Positions 12,744-26,531 of a stretch of 64,000 bases of DNA are shown one piece after another; the stretch's first letter is position 1; every line of letters begins with the position of its first letter. Below the pieces are notes generated by a model. It was not told where the DNA came from, did not search any database, and saw nothing but the letters and a program-made list of their open reading frames with translations. Both the position numbers and the translations under genes were made by a program. This DNA comes from Octopus vulgaris (Eukaryota), in NCBI GenBank assembly GCA_951406725.2, contig OX597816.1, positions 74,834,001 through 74,898,000 of the forward strand, in the 5' to 3' direction.

Positions 12744-13774
12744 TTTATATATACATATGTCTGTGTTCACATATGTATGTATACATACCTACATACACAT
12801 ATATACAGAATATATATATATATACACACACACTTCTCGCCACTGTACCTGATGTCCTGAGAACTGCAAACCCTATTTTGTTAACAACACTCTTCAGATA
12901 TTTTTGGAGGGAGATGTATTAATTGTATACAAATACATGGAATCGCAGAGAAACTAAACGAATTTCAATATGACAGCAACCAGAAAGCTTTGAATGTGTT
13001 TGTTCAGCTGAAATAGGCTGGCAAACAATTTTTAACATTAAACGTTGAACATTGCCTGCATATTTATCCTAATATATAAAAAAGTTGGATGTATTTTTGT
13101 GGGATGAATATCTCTTGGATTTTGCGTGAGTGTGAAAGCGCGAGAGCGTGCACGCACGCGCGCGTGTGTGTGTGTGTCTATGTGTTTGTGTGTATGTGTA
13201 AGTGTGTGTGTTGCGTGAGTGGGAAGGCGAGAGAGCGTGCATGCGTGTATGTGTGTAAGTGTGTGTGTGTGTGTGTTTGTGTGTATGTGTAAGTGTGTGT
13301 GTTGCTCGAGTGTGAAAGCGCGAGAGCGTGCATGCGCGATGGGTGTGTGTAAGTGTGTGCGTGTGTGTGTGTGTGTGTGTATGTGTGTGTGTGTGTGTGT
13401 GTAAGTGTGTGTGCGTGAGTGGCTGCGTGTGTGTGTGAATGCATGTTTGAATGCGTTTGCGTGTGTGTGTGTGTGTGTGTGTGTGAGTGTACAGTGTATG
13501 TGCGTGTGTAGGAGTGACTGAATGTTTGCACATGTAGGTATGTATGTCTGTGTGCGTACGTGTAGGTGCATGTATATGAGTGTCTGTGTGTATGTGAGTG
13601 AGTATATTTGAATGTATGTTTGAATGTATGTGTGAATGTATCTGTGTGTGTGTATGTTTGCGTGATGTGTATGTATGTGTGTGCATATGAAGAGGATTCG
13701 AGTGTGTGAAGGAGAGTATGTTTTTGTATATTTGCGCATGCGTGTATGTGTGTGCGTATTTGTGTGCGTGTGTT

Positions 13775-13807
<33 letters not shown>

Positions 13808-14719
13808 ATGCGTGTGTGTGTGTGTGTGTTCTTAAACCGAAAAAGTGGAGAGATGGTTGTAGGGAAGGAGTAAGCAATGTAGGTAAAAAGAGAACAAGGG
13901 ACATAATGAAATATATGCGCCTATGAAGAAAGGAGAGATATTATATGTGTATAAGAGGGAGAGATGAGCCATAACAGATGAAAGTTCTCATAAAATAAAG
14001 AACAAGGGAGACGGTAAGGTGAAACACAGTACTGTAGCAGCCATATATTTAGTAGACGACACATTGCATCATACATAAAGAACAAACGACGAGAGAAAGA
14101 AGAACAATATTTATTTCAATGTATATTGAGACCAAATGTAATGAGCCGAAGATAGACCGCATCAAATGGCCAAATGTGAAGCCCGGGCGAAACGGTGTTT
14201 GACGCGAACAAATGAAAGTGCAAGCGACATGCAAATAGCAGATGATATACTGTACCTTGCGACGAATGTTTAACGCAGATGATATATTATATGGCTAACA
14301 GACAATAGAAGAGATGTAATGCTATACTTCCATTGTCATTTTAATGTTATATACGTGTATGTGGGTTTACATACATATAAACAAATACATATCTAATATG
14401 CATAAATGGATATAGTGTATTGTGTTCCGTGATGATAAGATCAGCTAAAAAGTACTCCATCTGGTGAGAGATAAATATTTGATAAATACAATATATGCAT
14501 TTATGTGCTACTATTAGTTTCCTGTGGTGAGAGCATGCCAAAGTGTTCTGAAACACGTCTGGCAGCTCAGCATAATCATCAGACACTGCCCACATAAAAA
14601 TGGGACGATAGGATGAGAGAAAGAGAGAGAAAAGGCGTGAAAGAAGTATATAAAGAAATGGAAGGTTGAAAAACTGGAAAATGAAAAAGAAATCAAACAA
14701 GCCAAAGTGAGGAATTAGA

Positions 14720-15330
14720 GTTATTTCTCCTTAGACCGTAAATCATAGGGCTAAAAAGATAGTAGCTTAGAGTCTGTGATACAGTTCTCTATTACAGTAA
14801 AACTATTATTCCAATTGTTGAAGCCTTGTTGTCTCTAATATTAATATGAATGTTTCTTTGCATTGTTTTTTAGCTACTAACCCGATTTCAGACCTCGCTG
14901 AGTTTAACAATCAACAAGTGGGTTTATTACGAAAATTAAGTTTATGGTCTTTTAAAGTAATAAGGGCTCCCCTTTTAGCTAAACATTCTAATCTATCATC
15001 AATTTTACTACGTTTAGCGAGGAATTTAACCTCATCGTTAATGTCGTATCTCTCCGCGTTAGCTTTCTTATATTTAGCGGAAATGGTGTTATTTAGCAAC
15101 TTACCATATAGGTCAATAGTAACTTCATACAGAAAATATGAACTTCTTTTTAGAACTTCCAAAGTGTTTCATTTTAATTTGAAAGGAGTTATGGTACTTC
15201 TGGAATCTGATATTGGTTACTAAGTCAAGGGGGCTTGTCTCAAAAAGGTCTAGGTCTTTAACTGTAGGAGGGTATTTACATGTCTTTAACTTGTAAAGTT
15301 CGTAGTAGTGGGAGATAGTATAGTATCAAA
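14720..15330 (-). mobile_element. Penelope-like element reverse transcriptase fragment (decayed)
   Basis: [41 protein letters not shown] resembles the PLE motif ITLKDHKxNFxxxPxCRLINPxKSEIG. Confidence 0.75.
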
Positions 15331-15604
15331 AAAAATAAAGCTTTCCATCTCATCCCTTTCACGAGGTCTTCAACTTTCTCGATGAGTATCCTGGGATATA
15401 GATTATTCGGTGGTGTAGGTATGTTTTTAGCAGAGTAATCCATGTAGTATTAATGGTATGAAACCATAATAGTATGTAAATTATAAAATCTTTAGAGTCA
15501 CTCAAATTAACGAAGCTATCACGCCAATCATATGAAGGTTATGAATTTGCTGTAGAAAACTACATGTGGAGGTATATAGTGTTCTGTGATTGTAAGAGCA
15601 CTAA

Positions 15605-15637
<33 letters not shown>

Positions 15638-15769
15638 TGTATGTATGTATGTATGTATGTATGTATGTTTGTATGTATGTATGTATGTATGTACGTGTGT
15701 GTGTGTATATGTATGTATGTATGTATGTATATGTATGTATATATATATATATTCATTTATTCTTTTCTT

Positions 15770-15952
15770 CTTTTATTTGTTTCAGTCATGTGACTGCGGT
15801 TATGCTGGAACACCACCTAGTTCTTATTCTATCGGTATCTCTTGCCGAACCGCTAAGTGATGGGAACATAAACACACCAGCATCGGTGATCAAGCGATGG
15901 TGAAGGGGCACAAACACAGACGCAAACACAAATACACACACATACACGTGTC

Positions 15953-15987
<35 letters not shown>

Positions 15988-16150
15988 GGCGGGCTTCTTT
16001 CGGTTTCCGTCTACCAAATCCACTCACAAGGCTTTAGTCGGCCCGAGGTTATAGTAAAAGACACTTGCCCAAAGTATCACGCAGTGGGGCTGAACCCGGA
16101 ACCAAGTGGTTGGGAAGCAAGCTTCTTACCACACAGCCACCCCTGCGCCT
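15770..16150 (-). mobile_element. SINE family A
   Basis: Homology to the other family A copies. Confidence 0.85.
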
Positions 16151-16179
16151 ATACATATATGTATATATAAATACATATA

Positions 16180-16254
<75 letters not shown>

Positions 16255-16328
16255 TGTATGTATGTATGTATATATATATGTATGTGTGTGTGTGCGTGTA
16301 TATATATATATGCCTGTCTGTATGTATG

Positions 16329-16358
<30 letters not shown>

Positions 16359-16361
<3 letters not shown>

Positions 16362-16780
16362 GCAGCGATACCCGGCGTTGCCCGTGTCACATGGAATAAA
16401 GAATTAGATTTTTCTTTTATATTTTCTCTAATGAAATGGAATATCTATGATTCGAATTTCATCAAAATTGGAGATTAATAATTTTAATGAGGGTTCTCTC
16501 CCTCTTTACACACCCTAACAAAAATTCTAATCATGATATATTTATACCACACTACTCATCTTTATGCGCAGATTCCAAAATCCAAATCTTATAGAACATA
16601 TTCAAAGGTTTTGCTCCTGAAAAATTGAACACAAGGAGCTCTAAAATGTGAGAGTTAAGGTCCTATTAGTGGGAGGGTTTAAAGTCAACCAAAGAAGTTG
16701 AATTGTTGGGAGTCTTTTTTAACTAGTGTCATATCTATTGTTCAAATTTCTTTGAAATCGAAATATATGAATGTTCACTG
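16359..16780 (-). mobile_element. Non-autonomous Helitron 3' end (5' limit uncertain)
   Basis: Minus strand ends cgggcaacgccgggtatcgctgCTAG|t (GC-rich subterminal hairpin plus CTAG). Confidence 0.55.
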
Positions 16781-17294
16781 GATTTGAACATGTGAGCAAA
16801 GCTAAAGGAAACCAAAAGATGAATGATCACAATAAGCAGTCAGCTACCCTACCCAAGTCGTTACCACTCCGCAATGTAGGATTCCTCACTATACAGGTAG
16901 CCGGCACAGCCGTAAGATGCATTACTGATCTATAGCAATTGAAGGGCGTGACCCAACTCAAATAAACATTAACAACTGTGTAATGTGAGGGCTAAAGGGA
17001 AATGAAAGTGTCACCTCTGGAGTTTGCCAATGATCACTATGCCGAGAGGTAACTGAACAGAATAAATTTGCAATTTATAAATCTTTCTGAATGACCAATC
17101 TCTAACCCAGTGATAATAAAAAGAATCAGAGGAGGTCTGCAACCAAATAACTTAACTCAACACTTTGCAACTGAATCAGTGGAGGCAAAGTTGCCTCACT
17201 TTAATTGGCAATTTATGCGGCACATTGCAGAAATCACAATCTAAGTGAATCTCAAAGCAAACTTGTATATATATGTATATATATATATATATAT

Positions 17295-17498
17295 AATGCA
17301 AAATGGGACAAGAACGCAAAACATCCGGACAACTGGGTGATACAAAAAAAGGACAACAAAACATGCAGATAGACGATACAAAAAAAACAAGGACGGGTCA
17401 ATCGAAGTTTTCTATCCTCAGTCAAGAAGCAGATTATCCCCGGTCCCTTTTTGTATCACCTAGTTGTCCGGACGTTTTGCGTTCTTAGCCCATTTTGT

Positions 17499-17500
<2 letters not shown>
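17295..17500. repeat. Small inverted-repeat (fold-back) element inside (TA)n
   Basis: aaaatgggacaagaacgcaaaacatccggacaactgggtgatacaaaaa mirrored by tttttgtatcacctagttgtccggacgttttgcgttcttagcccatttt. Confidence 0.85.
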
Positions 17501-17554
<54 letters not shown>

Positions 17555-17794
17555 CATACATACACATACATACATATATATATATACATACATATATATA
17601 TACATACATATACATACATACATATACATACCTATACATACATACAAATATATATATATACATACATACATATATATATACATACATACATATATACATA
17701 CATATACACACATACATATATATATAGCGGCGTACGTACACTTTGTTCTCTTATATGTAAGTACATATATATATATACTCTTACTCTCTTTTAA

Positions 17795-17990
17795 TCTTTT
17801 ACTTGTTTCAGTCATTTGACTGCGGCCATGCTGGAGCACCGCCTTTAGTCGACCCCAGGACTTATTCTTGGTAAGCCTAGTACTTATTCTATCGGTCTCT
17901 TTTGTCGAACCGCTAAGTGACGGGGACGTGAACACACCAGCATCGGTTGTCAAGCGATGTTGGGGGACAAACACACACACACACACATAT
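17795..17990 (-). mobile_element. SINE family A, 3' half only
   Basis: Homology to the other family A copies. Confidence 0.8.
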
Positions 17991-18455
17991 ATATATATAA
18001 AGAGAGAGAGGGGGAGGGAGGGAGGGAGAGAGGGAGGCAGCCTTAACCACGATGTGAGTTCCGCAAGTGATGACTATGTTTTTTTTTTTCGGTGATCAAT
18101 AAAAAACGGTACCAATCAAGTTCAGGGATCGATGTAATTGATTAGTCACCTCCCCACAAATTTCAAGCCAAACGGAACAAATATTGGTATTTTCGTCGTT
18201 CTATTGATGTTTTTGTTTAGTCTTTGTTTTTATTTTACATTTTCATTTTTTTTTTTTTTGGTTTTTAACATTGCTGTTCCACTGAGACTGGCTCCGTTTG
18301 CCTGTTGCATATGCGACGCTTTTGTTTTTTGTTTTTTTTTTACATATATATATTTCATTAATATGCGCTACGTAATATATATATGCGCAGTATTTCGTGT
18401 TGCTATTTTCAGTCTACTGTACGTGTGTGAATATATGTGCATGTTTGTGTGAGTG

Positions 18456-18529
<74 letters not shown>

Positions 18530-19079
18530 CGTGTAAACGTGATGCTTTGGTTACGTATTTATTTGCCTCTCCATGTCTCATTCCCAACGCACTGGTTATA
18601 TGTTTGTTTGCGACTCTGTTTATTATTCCCAATGCACACATCATGGGAATTATTTCTGTTTTGCAATCCCAACATTCTGTTTAAATCTATTTCCATGCTA
18701 TATATTTAGATTGTTTCTCAGTTTCTTATACTAATACATGAAGGCGACATTCCATCTTTACATACTACATAATGTTAGCGTAGTTTCCCGTGTTAAACCT
18801 CTCCTCAGTACAACATACCCATATTCCAACACAGCATTACATACAATCAACTACAACGAGTGGACAGAGACATGGCGCTTCTGGAGTTATGTAACTATGA
18901 ATCTATGTTAACGCGTCTAGATCTTCGGTCCACAACCTCGGACTATACATGTCTTTTTAATTAGAGCTCAACTGGAGCTACACAAATACGTCATCTCTCT
19001 ATCTCTCTTTCTCTGTTTCTCTCTCTTTCGCTATCTCTTTCTCTTTCTCTCTGTCCCCATATATATATACATGTATGTG

Positions 19080-19119
<40 letters not shown>

Positions 19120-19132
19120 CAGAATAAAAGAC

Positions 19133-19215
<83 letters not shown>

Positions 19216-19401
19216 ATATATATATAAAATTCTACGTCTTTTTTCTCAATATATATATATATATATGTGTATGCGTATATATATATATATACTTAACATA
19301 TATGTGTGTGTGTGTGTGTGTGTATGTATATATATATATATATATATATATAATGAGATAAAAAGCCGTCAGCTTGTAAATCAGTTTGTACATTCACAAA
19401 A

Positions 19402-19446
19402 TTTAATTTGACGAGTTCGAGGAAGGGAACGAAAGCACTAATAATA
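19402..19446 (+). ncRNA. Hammerhead-like motif (U3 variant, weak stem I)
   Basis: uuaau UUGACGA GUUC gaggaagg GAAC GAAA gcac UA auaau. Confidence 0.5.
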
Positions 19447-19509
19447 ATGAAGAAATAAAAAGAATCTTTTCCAAAATTCTGACTACTTTTTTCCTCAACG
19501 TGAAATGAA

Positions 19510-19765
19510 GTTTTGCTCAAGAACACAACGCATCACCTGGTCCAGGAATCGAAACCACGACCTTACGACCATGAGTTCAACACCCTAACCACTAAGCCAC
19601 GCGCCTTCACACACACACACACGCACACACGTTGCTCCAGTCCACTCAGCTGGCAAAAATGAATAACGCTGCGATGGACTGGCGTCCAGTCCACCTCGGG
19701 AATACATACGCCATTGAAACCGGGAAATCGGGCCCATGAGCCTGGCTAGGCTTTAAAAGGGCGCA
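19510..19765. mobile_element. SINE family C-like copy: head on minus strand, body on plus strand
   Basis: 19510-19608 is a reverse-complement tRNA-like head; 19630-19765 is body (gttgctccagtccactcagc..gaaaccgggaaatcgggccc). Confidence 0.6.
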
Positions 19766-19779
19766 TTTATTTTATATAT

Positions 19780-19902
<123 letters not shown>

Positions 19903-19925
19903 CGTATGTATGTATACACACACAC

Positions 19926-19983
<58 letters not shown>

Positions 19984-20499
19984 TCAGGCGTTTACTTTGA
20001 TGTGATTATTATTCGCCAGAACTTTTTGACTCGGATGTGATAAAAGATTCTGCTCCTAAATCCTTGTTACATTAACCGTTTTATCGAAGAAAAAGACAGG
20101 CTAGATTATTGTGGAAGAGAGTCATATAAGATGAATTCAAATGCAAATTCAAATGTATATATATTTTGAATACATTTAATACAATACCAATATTCAACAA
20201 GAATACTCAAAGTGTAAGTAGATGAAAAAAAGCACCCAGTACTGGTTGAAAAACTAAGCACTCAAACCTGAGGCTGAAGGGGTATTTGATCATAGCACAA
20301 TGCCAGAACTTCCTTGCTGGAAATATATAACGAAATAAAGTATATAAAGTAACGGTAGAATATGGAGATGATATGAGGTAACACATTGTTTCTGTCTGCC
20401 TAATCTAGGCTAAAATGAAGTGTGTACATGTATGCTTACACACACACACATTTGTGTATATATGTATTTATATACTCTCTCTTTTCTCTTTTTACTCTT

Positions 20500-20698
20500 T
20501 CACTTGTTTCAGTCATTTGACTGCGGCCATGCTGGAGCACCGCCTTTTTAGTCGAGCAAATCGACCCCAGGTCTTATTCTTTGTAAGCCTAGTACTTATT
20601 CTATCGGTCACTTTTGCCGAACCGCTAAGTTACGGGGACGTAAACACACCAGCATTGGTTGTCAAGCGATGCTGGGGGGGACAAACACAGACACACAA

Positions 20699-20743
<45 letters not shown>

Positions 20744-20822
20744 AGGTGCCACGCAGTGGGACTGAACCCAGAACCATGTGGTTAGTAAGCAAGCTACTTA
20801 TCACACAGTCACTCCTGCGCCT
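20500..20822 (-). mobile_element. SINE family A with internal deletion next to the (CA)n tract
   Basis: Homology; the middle segment present in other copies is missing. Confidence 0.85.
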
Positions 20823-21897
20823 ATTGTAATAAAGACAATCCTTTAAATTTTCTTGATAATTTTTTTCATTTAGAAAATTCAAAAAAACAATGCTTCTTAA
20901 AGGTAACACAGTCATTAAATAATGTAAGACACACATATAAGGTGTAGGTCATATTTGCTACGGAAGGAGATATAATGAGATTATGTAACCTCTCCACGTA
21001 ACTCGCGACGTACCGTAAGCAATTTTTCGAAAGTTTTTGCTGACAGACTGATATTTTGACTCGTTTTCTATATTTAGCTTTTAGTAAAACTTATTGCAAG
21101 TAGCGTACTTATGCTTATCTGGATCCTTAGACTACGACATGTGTTCTCCTATCTGTAAAACAGTCGCATTAGACGAAGGGTCATTTTTTTTGTTTTTTTA
21201 TACATTTAAGAATTTAAAAAAGCGCGTCTTCTACGCCAACAAATACGCTAAGTTGTCAGTACTCTTACAGGTGTTGACTTTCTATTCTCACCACAACTTC
21301 CTGTTATGACAGTTCTCTGTAACTACAGAGAATATACCCTGCTAAAGATGCCTAAGGGCCACGATTAAATCTACCATAAAACACTTCCCCATGATCGCGC
21401 ATTGAAAGCAAATCCAATGCAACGTAGTTCGAAGTTTTCTTAAATCAATAAACAATGTCTGTGCAGAGGCTGTAAAAATGTATAAATTTTTTTGTCAATT
21501 ATGGCTCCCGTATTCTCCATTTTGAAATTTAGTCTTTAGGCCACTTGTTTTTTGTTTTGTTTTGTTTTTTTCATTAAAGCAGAATGGAATATGAACAAAA
21601 CTGTAAAACCCGAAAATAAACATAGTAAATATTTCTGGTTTAATACTGTTTAACAGATATCGAAGATGTGAGTTATCATCCATCCAAATTTAAAAATTTT
21701 TTTATCAGCAAATTACTAAATACTAACATAAGATGGGTGTAGAAAGAAAATATATGAAATATAAGCTCAAGATAAAATAGTTTATTATCTAAATATATTT
21801 ACATACATATATATATATACACACATACACACATGTATACATACATACATAAAGACAGTTAATGTGTGTTAGTATAAGTGCATGAGTGTATGCATAT

Positions 21898-21988
<91 letters not shown>

Positions 21989-23225
21989 TATATATGCATA
22001 CATATATTTATATTAAGAGATTTAATGTGTGCATGTGAGTATGTGAGTGTATGCACACATATATATATATGTGTGCGTGTGTGTGTGTGTATTTTATGTT
22101 TGTATGCATGTATATGTGCGTGCATGTATGTATACATACATATGTATGTATAGTCAACAGGTGAGATCCATAGATTTTCAGTATTAAAAACATTTAGTAG
22201 TGCTCAAATATTTCGAACTTAGACCCACCCTCCACATTTAAACATTCCACCTTTAAACTTCACTGCATCATGATCTGAAATATTAGATTTCTTTTCTACC
22301 CTGATGAAGGAGGCCCGGTTTATTTTATGTTTATTTGCTTCCATTACGCACTGCATATTTTGGTGAACTACATCTACCAACATTATGATGGATCTCCAAG
22401 CCCCAGAAACAGCTATTAGACTCACCTCTTGCCCTTCAATCTTCTCTGTCATATTGTACTCAATATCATAAATAGGTACCCCGTGTAAGTTTGATCTATT
22501 AATATATAAATATATAAATATTTATACTAAGATATTCATCGTCTGAAAATCTTCAGTCTTTCTTTCTGTTTGTAATTTGCATTTACGCGTGCGCACACAG
22601 ACACACATATTGTATATCAAACCCAAGCTGTTATATTTAATTTGTTTATCCGCATAATTGCCTACGCATGTATGTATGTATGTATGTATGTATGTATGTA
22701 TGTATGTATGTATGTATGTATGTATGTATGTATGCATTTATAGTTGTTCATATGAATATATTTAGTTATGTATACATGTACTCGCGTGGAAAGAACCGTT
22801 CCGCTCCTATCAACACCAAACAATGGCGTTTGATATAATATCATGAAAATGAAAGCCTTTCGAGTGGTGTGTATTATAAGGTTAACAGAATCTTAACCAT
22901 TCGCCAAATAAATGGGCAGCATTGAGTGATTTATCTAAGACATTGAAACAGTTTACACAACCGGAAGGAATCAAAGTGTCTGCTTCTATCATAATGGCTG
23001 CTTTTGTTCAGTTTTGCCTTTGCCACTTTTTTTCTGGTGGTGATTGTTATTATGTTTTATGTGATTTGTCTATGTGTGTGTGTGTGTGTGTGTAGAAACA
23101 TCTATATGCTTATATATGTATATATATGTATATATATATATATATTCACATATATACATATATTTGCATACATATATATATATATATGTATATATATATT
23201 CATATATATACATATATTTGCATAC

Positions 23226-23256
<31 letters not shown>

Positions 23257-23303
23257 TACATATATATACATAAATGTATATACATATATATATATATAAA
23301 CAT

Positions 23304-23387
<84 letters not shown>

Positions 23388-23843
23388 GGACACACATAGA
23401 AAGAGACCGAGATTAGATGGATGGATGGATGGATGGATAGATAAAACCTAAGATTTAATATTCTTGAGAATATGGTTACATGTCATCTCCAACTCTATCA
23501 CCTCCATCGCTACCTCGCACTCCTCCGTCACCACTACAATAACTATAGACACTTATTACATTTTTCTTATTGGTTTTATCTGGTTTTCTGTCCTTCTGTA
23601 TCTGTCTTTCTTCCCATCTCTTTATATGTCTCTACTTTGTTACAAAGTAGTCTCTGATGTGTCTTTTGATGAAGCAAAGTGTATTTTGTTGGACTCATTA
23701 TTTTTAAATTATATATACATACACCTTATATACTACATATACGCATACGTATGTGTATATAAATATATGTATACATATACATATATAAATATATACATAT
23801 ATATAAATATGTGTGTGTGCATAATTTGGGTTATATACAAATA

Positions 23844-24618
23844 CTAGCAATGCATCCCGGCGTTGCCCGGATGTTATGACCTACAGGTACATTGTATTAT
23901 TTGCTCCTTTCTTATGGGCAGAATCGGCACAGCTGATATATAGTTAATGGCATAATGGAAGTTATTGCTTATTTAAAAGTTAAGGGGGAGGGCACAATTT
24001 ACATGGGTTTGCATGAAAGTGCTTTCTGTTCTTAAGAAAGATTACAAACTATGTATTGTTTCAACGTATAAAAGGGGGTAATACGATTTTGTCCAGAAAT
24101 CCCATTTTCAAAACTCTAATTCCCCACCCCTATCCTCACAGCAATTTCTTAATTTGTAACTTTTCGAATTTTATTTTATTTTATTTTATTTTTTGTTTAT
24201 TTTTTTTTTTTTTTTTGTTATCTACGTAGAAAAATAAAGATTACGAATCTGAGAAATACTCATTTTTTTATAGATTAATTACTTTTTAAAAAAACAGTCA
24301 ATGACCTTTCCCCCACCTCGCCCACCCTTCACCTACTCGCTTTCACTTTTGTCTGATGTTTCCCACATGAGTAGAATTTTACTGAAATAGCAAACTTTAA
24401 AAATACCAGACCACCACTAGAAAAAAATTTCATAAATGTTTGTCCGGGTAGAATTCTACGCATGCGTGAAACATCAGACGAAAGTGAAACTTTAGAAGCA
24501 AATTGAAATATTGTCCGAAAAATGACCTCAAAATTGTGTGACCCGCGTAGTTGCCGAGGTTATTTTAGTTGTAAAAAGTAGTTGTTGAGCGAAAAACATA
24601 GTTTATTAGGTAGATAGA
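23844..24618 (-). mobile_element. Non-autonomous Helitron
   Basis: Minus strand starts a|TCTATCTACCTAATAAAC and ends ccgggcaacgccgggatgcattgCTAG|t. Confidence 0.65.
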
Positions 24619-24669
24619 TAATAAGCAACAGTTATGTTTCATTATAACTCTCAAAGTTGTCGACGAACT

Positions 24670-25034
24670 GTCATTCGGATCAGCTGTTTTGTTCGTTAAT
24701 TTCCGTAAAATTGTTTTATTTATTTACTTTTGTTTTCAACTGAGAGGAGAAAGTGAAAAATGTATGAACATGTATATGAAATGGACGTGTGTGTGTGTGT
24801 GTTTGTATGTGTGCGTGAGAGAGTGAGTGAGTGCCACTTACACATACATGAGAACACACACGTTCACTCACTCTCTCTCTCTCTCACACACACGCACATG
24901 TACATACAAAAAGGATGTATGCATATGTATTGATGTATGTACGTATACATGACAACCACAGTTTCGGTCACTCTCTTCCTCTCTCTCTTTTTCTCCCTTT
25001 CTCCCTTCATCTCTTTCTTTCTCCCTTACACACA

Positions 25035-25067
<33 letters not shown>

Positions 25068-25185
25068 GTCCATTTCATATACACGTACATACACATTTCA
25101 GTTTCTCCTCTCTTTTACTTTAAAACAAAAGTAAATAAATAAAAAAATTTTACAGAAATTAATGAACGCAGATGACAGCTCTGCA
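24670..25185. repeat. Imperfect long inverted repeat (fold-back)
   Basis: tttatttatttacttttgtttt..gagaggagaaa..tatatgaaatggacgtgtgtg mirrored by cacacgtccatttcatata..tttctcctctc..aaaacaaaagtaaataaataaaa. Confidence 0.8.
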
Positions 25186-25202
25186 AGTCCAAAAAAAAGA
25201 TC

Positions 25203-25736
25203 GGATCTTTTCAGTTTGGATGGCAGTTTTTTCTAGCGGTGTCATACGAAATTGTCACCCATAATTATGACCCTAGAATCGATCTATTGCAATTCAATCT
25301 ATTTTAGGGTTAGGGTTAGTTAAGGTTGGTTAGGGTTAGGGTTAGTTAAGGTTGGTTAGGGTTAGGGTTAGTTAAGGTTGGTTAGGGTTAGGGTTAGTTA
25401 AGGTTGGTTAGGGTTAGGGTTAGTTAAGGTTGGTTAGGGTTAGGGTTAGGGTCAGGGATTTTCTTCACAAATGTAAATAAACCCAATCTGTTTCTTAAAC
25501 GAGGGACATATTCATACGGCACAGAATGCTTTTTAACTCAACAGACGTCACTGATTGGTTGAAATTGCAGAAATTGAAGAAAAAAAACAACAAATATCTT
25601 ACAAACTATAGAATTTTCTCAATAAAGCCAAGAGAAAAAGATGTTTTATAAACACATTCTACCAGTATACGAAGTTTAACATTTTTTAGTTACCTAGAAA
25701 TTATGTTAAAAACTGCCGTTCAAACCGAAAAGATCC
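25203..25736. mobile_element. MITE with GGATCTTTTC TIR and 8-bp TSD (Merlin-like), containing an expanded TTAGGG-variant array
   Basis: TIRs ggatcttttcagtttggatggcagtttt / aaaactgccgttcaaaccgaaaagatcc; TSD aaaagatc/gaaagatc; second copy at 57539. Confidence 0.85.
25304..25457 (+). repeat. Interstitial telomere-like minisatellite, 26-bp unit ttagggttagggttagttaaggttgg x~5
   Basis: Directly visible. Confidence 0.95.
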
Positions 25737-26089
25737 GAAAGATCGCCTCAGCAACTTTCTTTATTATAATACAGATGTGACTAATTTGGAGAACCACTAA
25801 TTTCATTATTCACACATCGTCAGTCTTGTAATCAAACACTAATTTTGGTTGATATTGACAGTTTGAAACTATTTTCCCTTTCTAACTTTCAATATCAGCG
25901 CGTTTCACTGTTGGGTGGGTAAGAGTGGGGGAATTCACATACATATACCAACACACACACAGACATACATTAACGCACACCTCAAGCCTGTCTCTGTCCC
26001 TATGTGTGTCTGTGTTTTTAGATGTGTGTGTGTCAGTTGTCACAAAAATGTATGTATACTGACAGACACAAACACCGTCACACACATAT

Positions 26090-26320
26090 AATTCTTTATT
26101 ACCCACAAGGGGCTAAACACAGAGGGGACAAACAAGGACAGACATAGGTATTAAGTCGATCACATCGACCCCAGTGTGTAACTGGTACTTAATTTGTCGA
26201 CCCCGGAAGGATGAAAGGCAAAGTCGACCTCGGCTGAATTTGAACTCACAACGTAACGGCAGACGAAATACCACAAAGCATTTCGCCCGGCGTGCTAACG
26301 TTTCTGCCAGCTCGCCGCCA
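26090..26320 (-). mobile_element. SINE family B, full length
   Basis: Homology; flanked by direct repeats acaccgtcacacacatata (26072 and 26322). Confidence 0.85.
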
Positions 26321-26499
26321 TACACCGTCACACACATATATTTGTCAGTCGTCGGCCTAATGTACATAACAAACGCGCGAACACATACAGAAAATGTGAC
26401 GTCATCGTCGTTACGGTGGTGGTGGCTTTGTGTGAGTGCGTTTATGTATTTGTGTATATTTGCTTCCAGCTGTGTTAGCGAACATGTGTGTGCGTATGA

Positions 26500-26531
<32 letters not shown>

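Noticed and set aside
14540-14590. Minus-strand CTGATGA
   Set aside because: No stem II/GAAA/UH follows.
14909-14915. In-frame TGA in the PLE RT fragment as possible selenocysteine
   Set aside because: Falls at a usually Arg position (CGA>TGA CpG decay), and the fragment has other lesions.
22219-22452. 77-aa non-repetitive ORF
   Set aside because: No recognisable domain; plausibly chance or decayed TE.
25304-25457. True telomere, chromosome fusion site or CRISPR-like array
   Set aside because: Lies inside a TIR/TSD-bounded MITE; units have no unique spacers; eukaryotic context.
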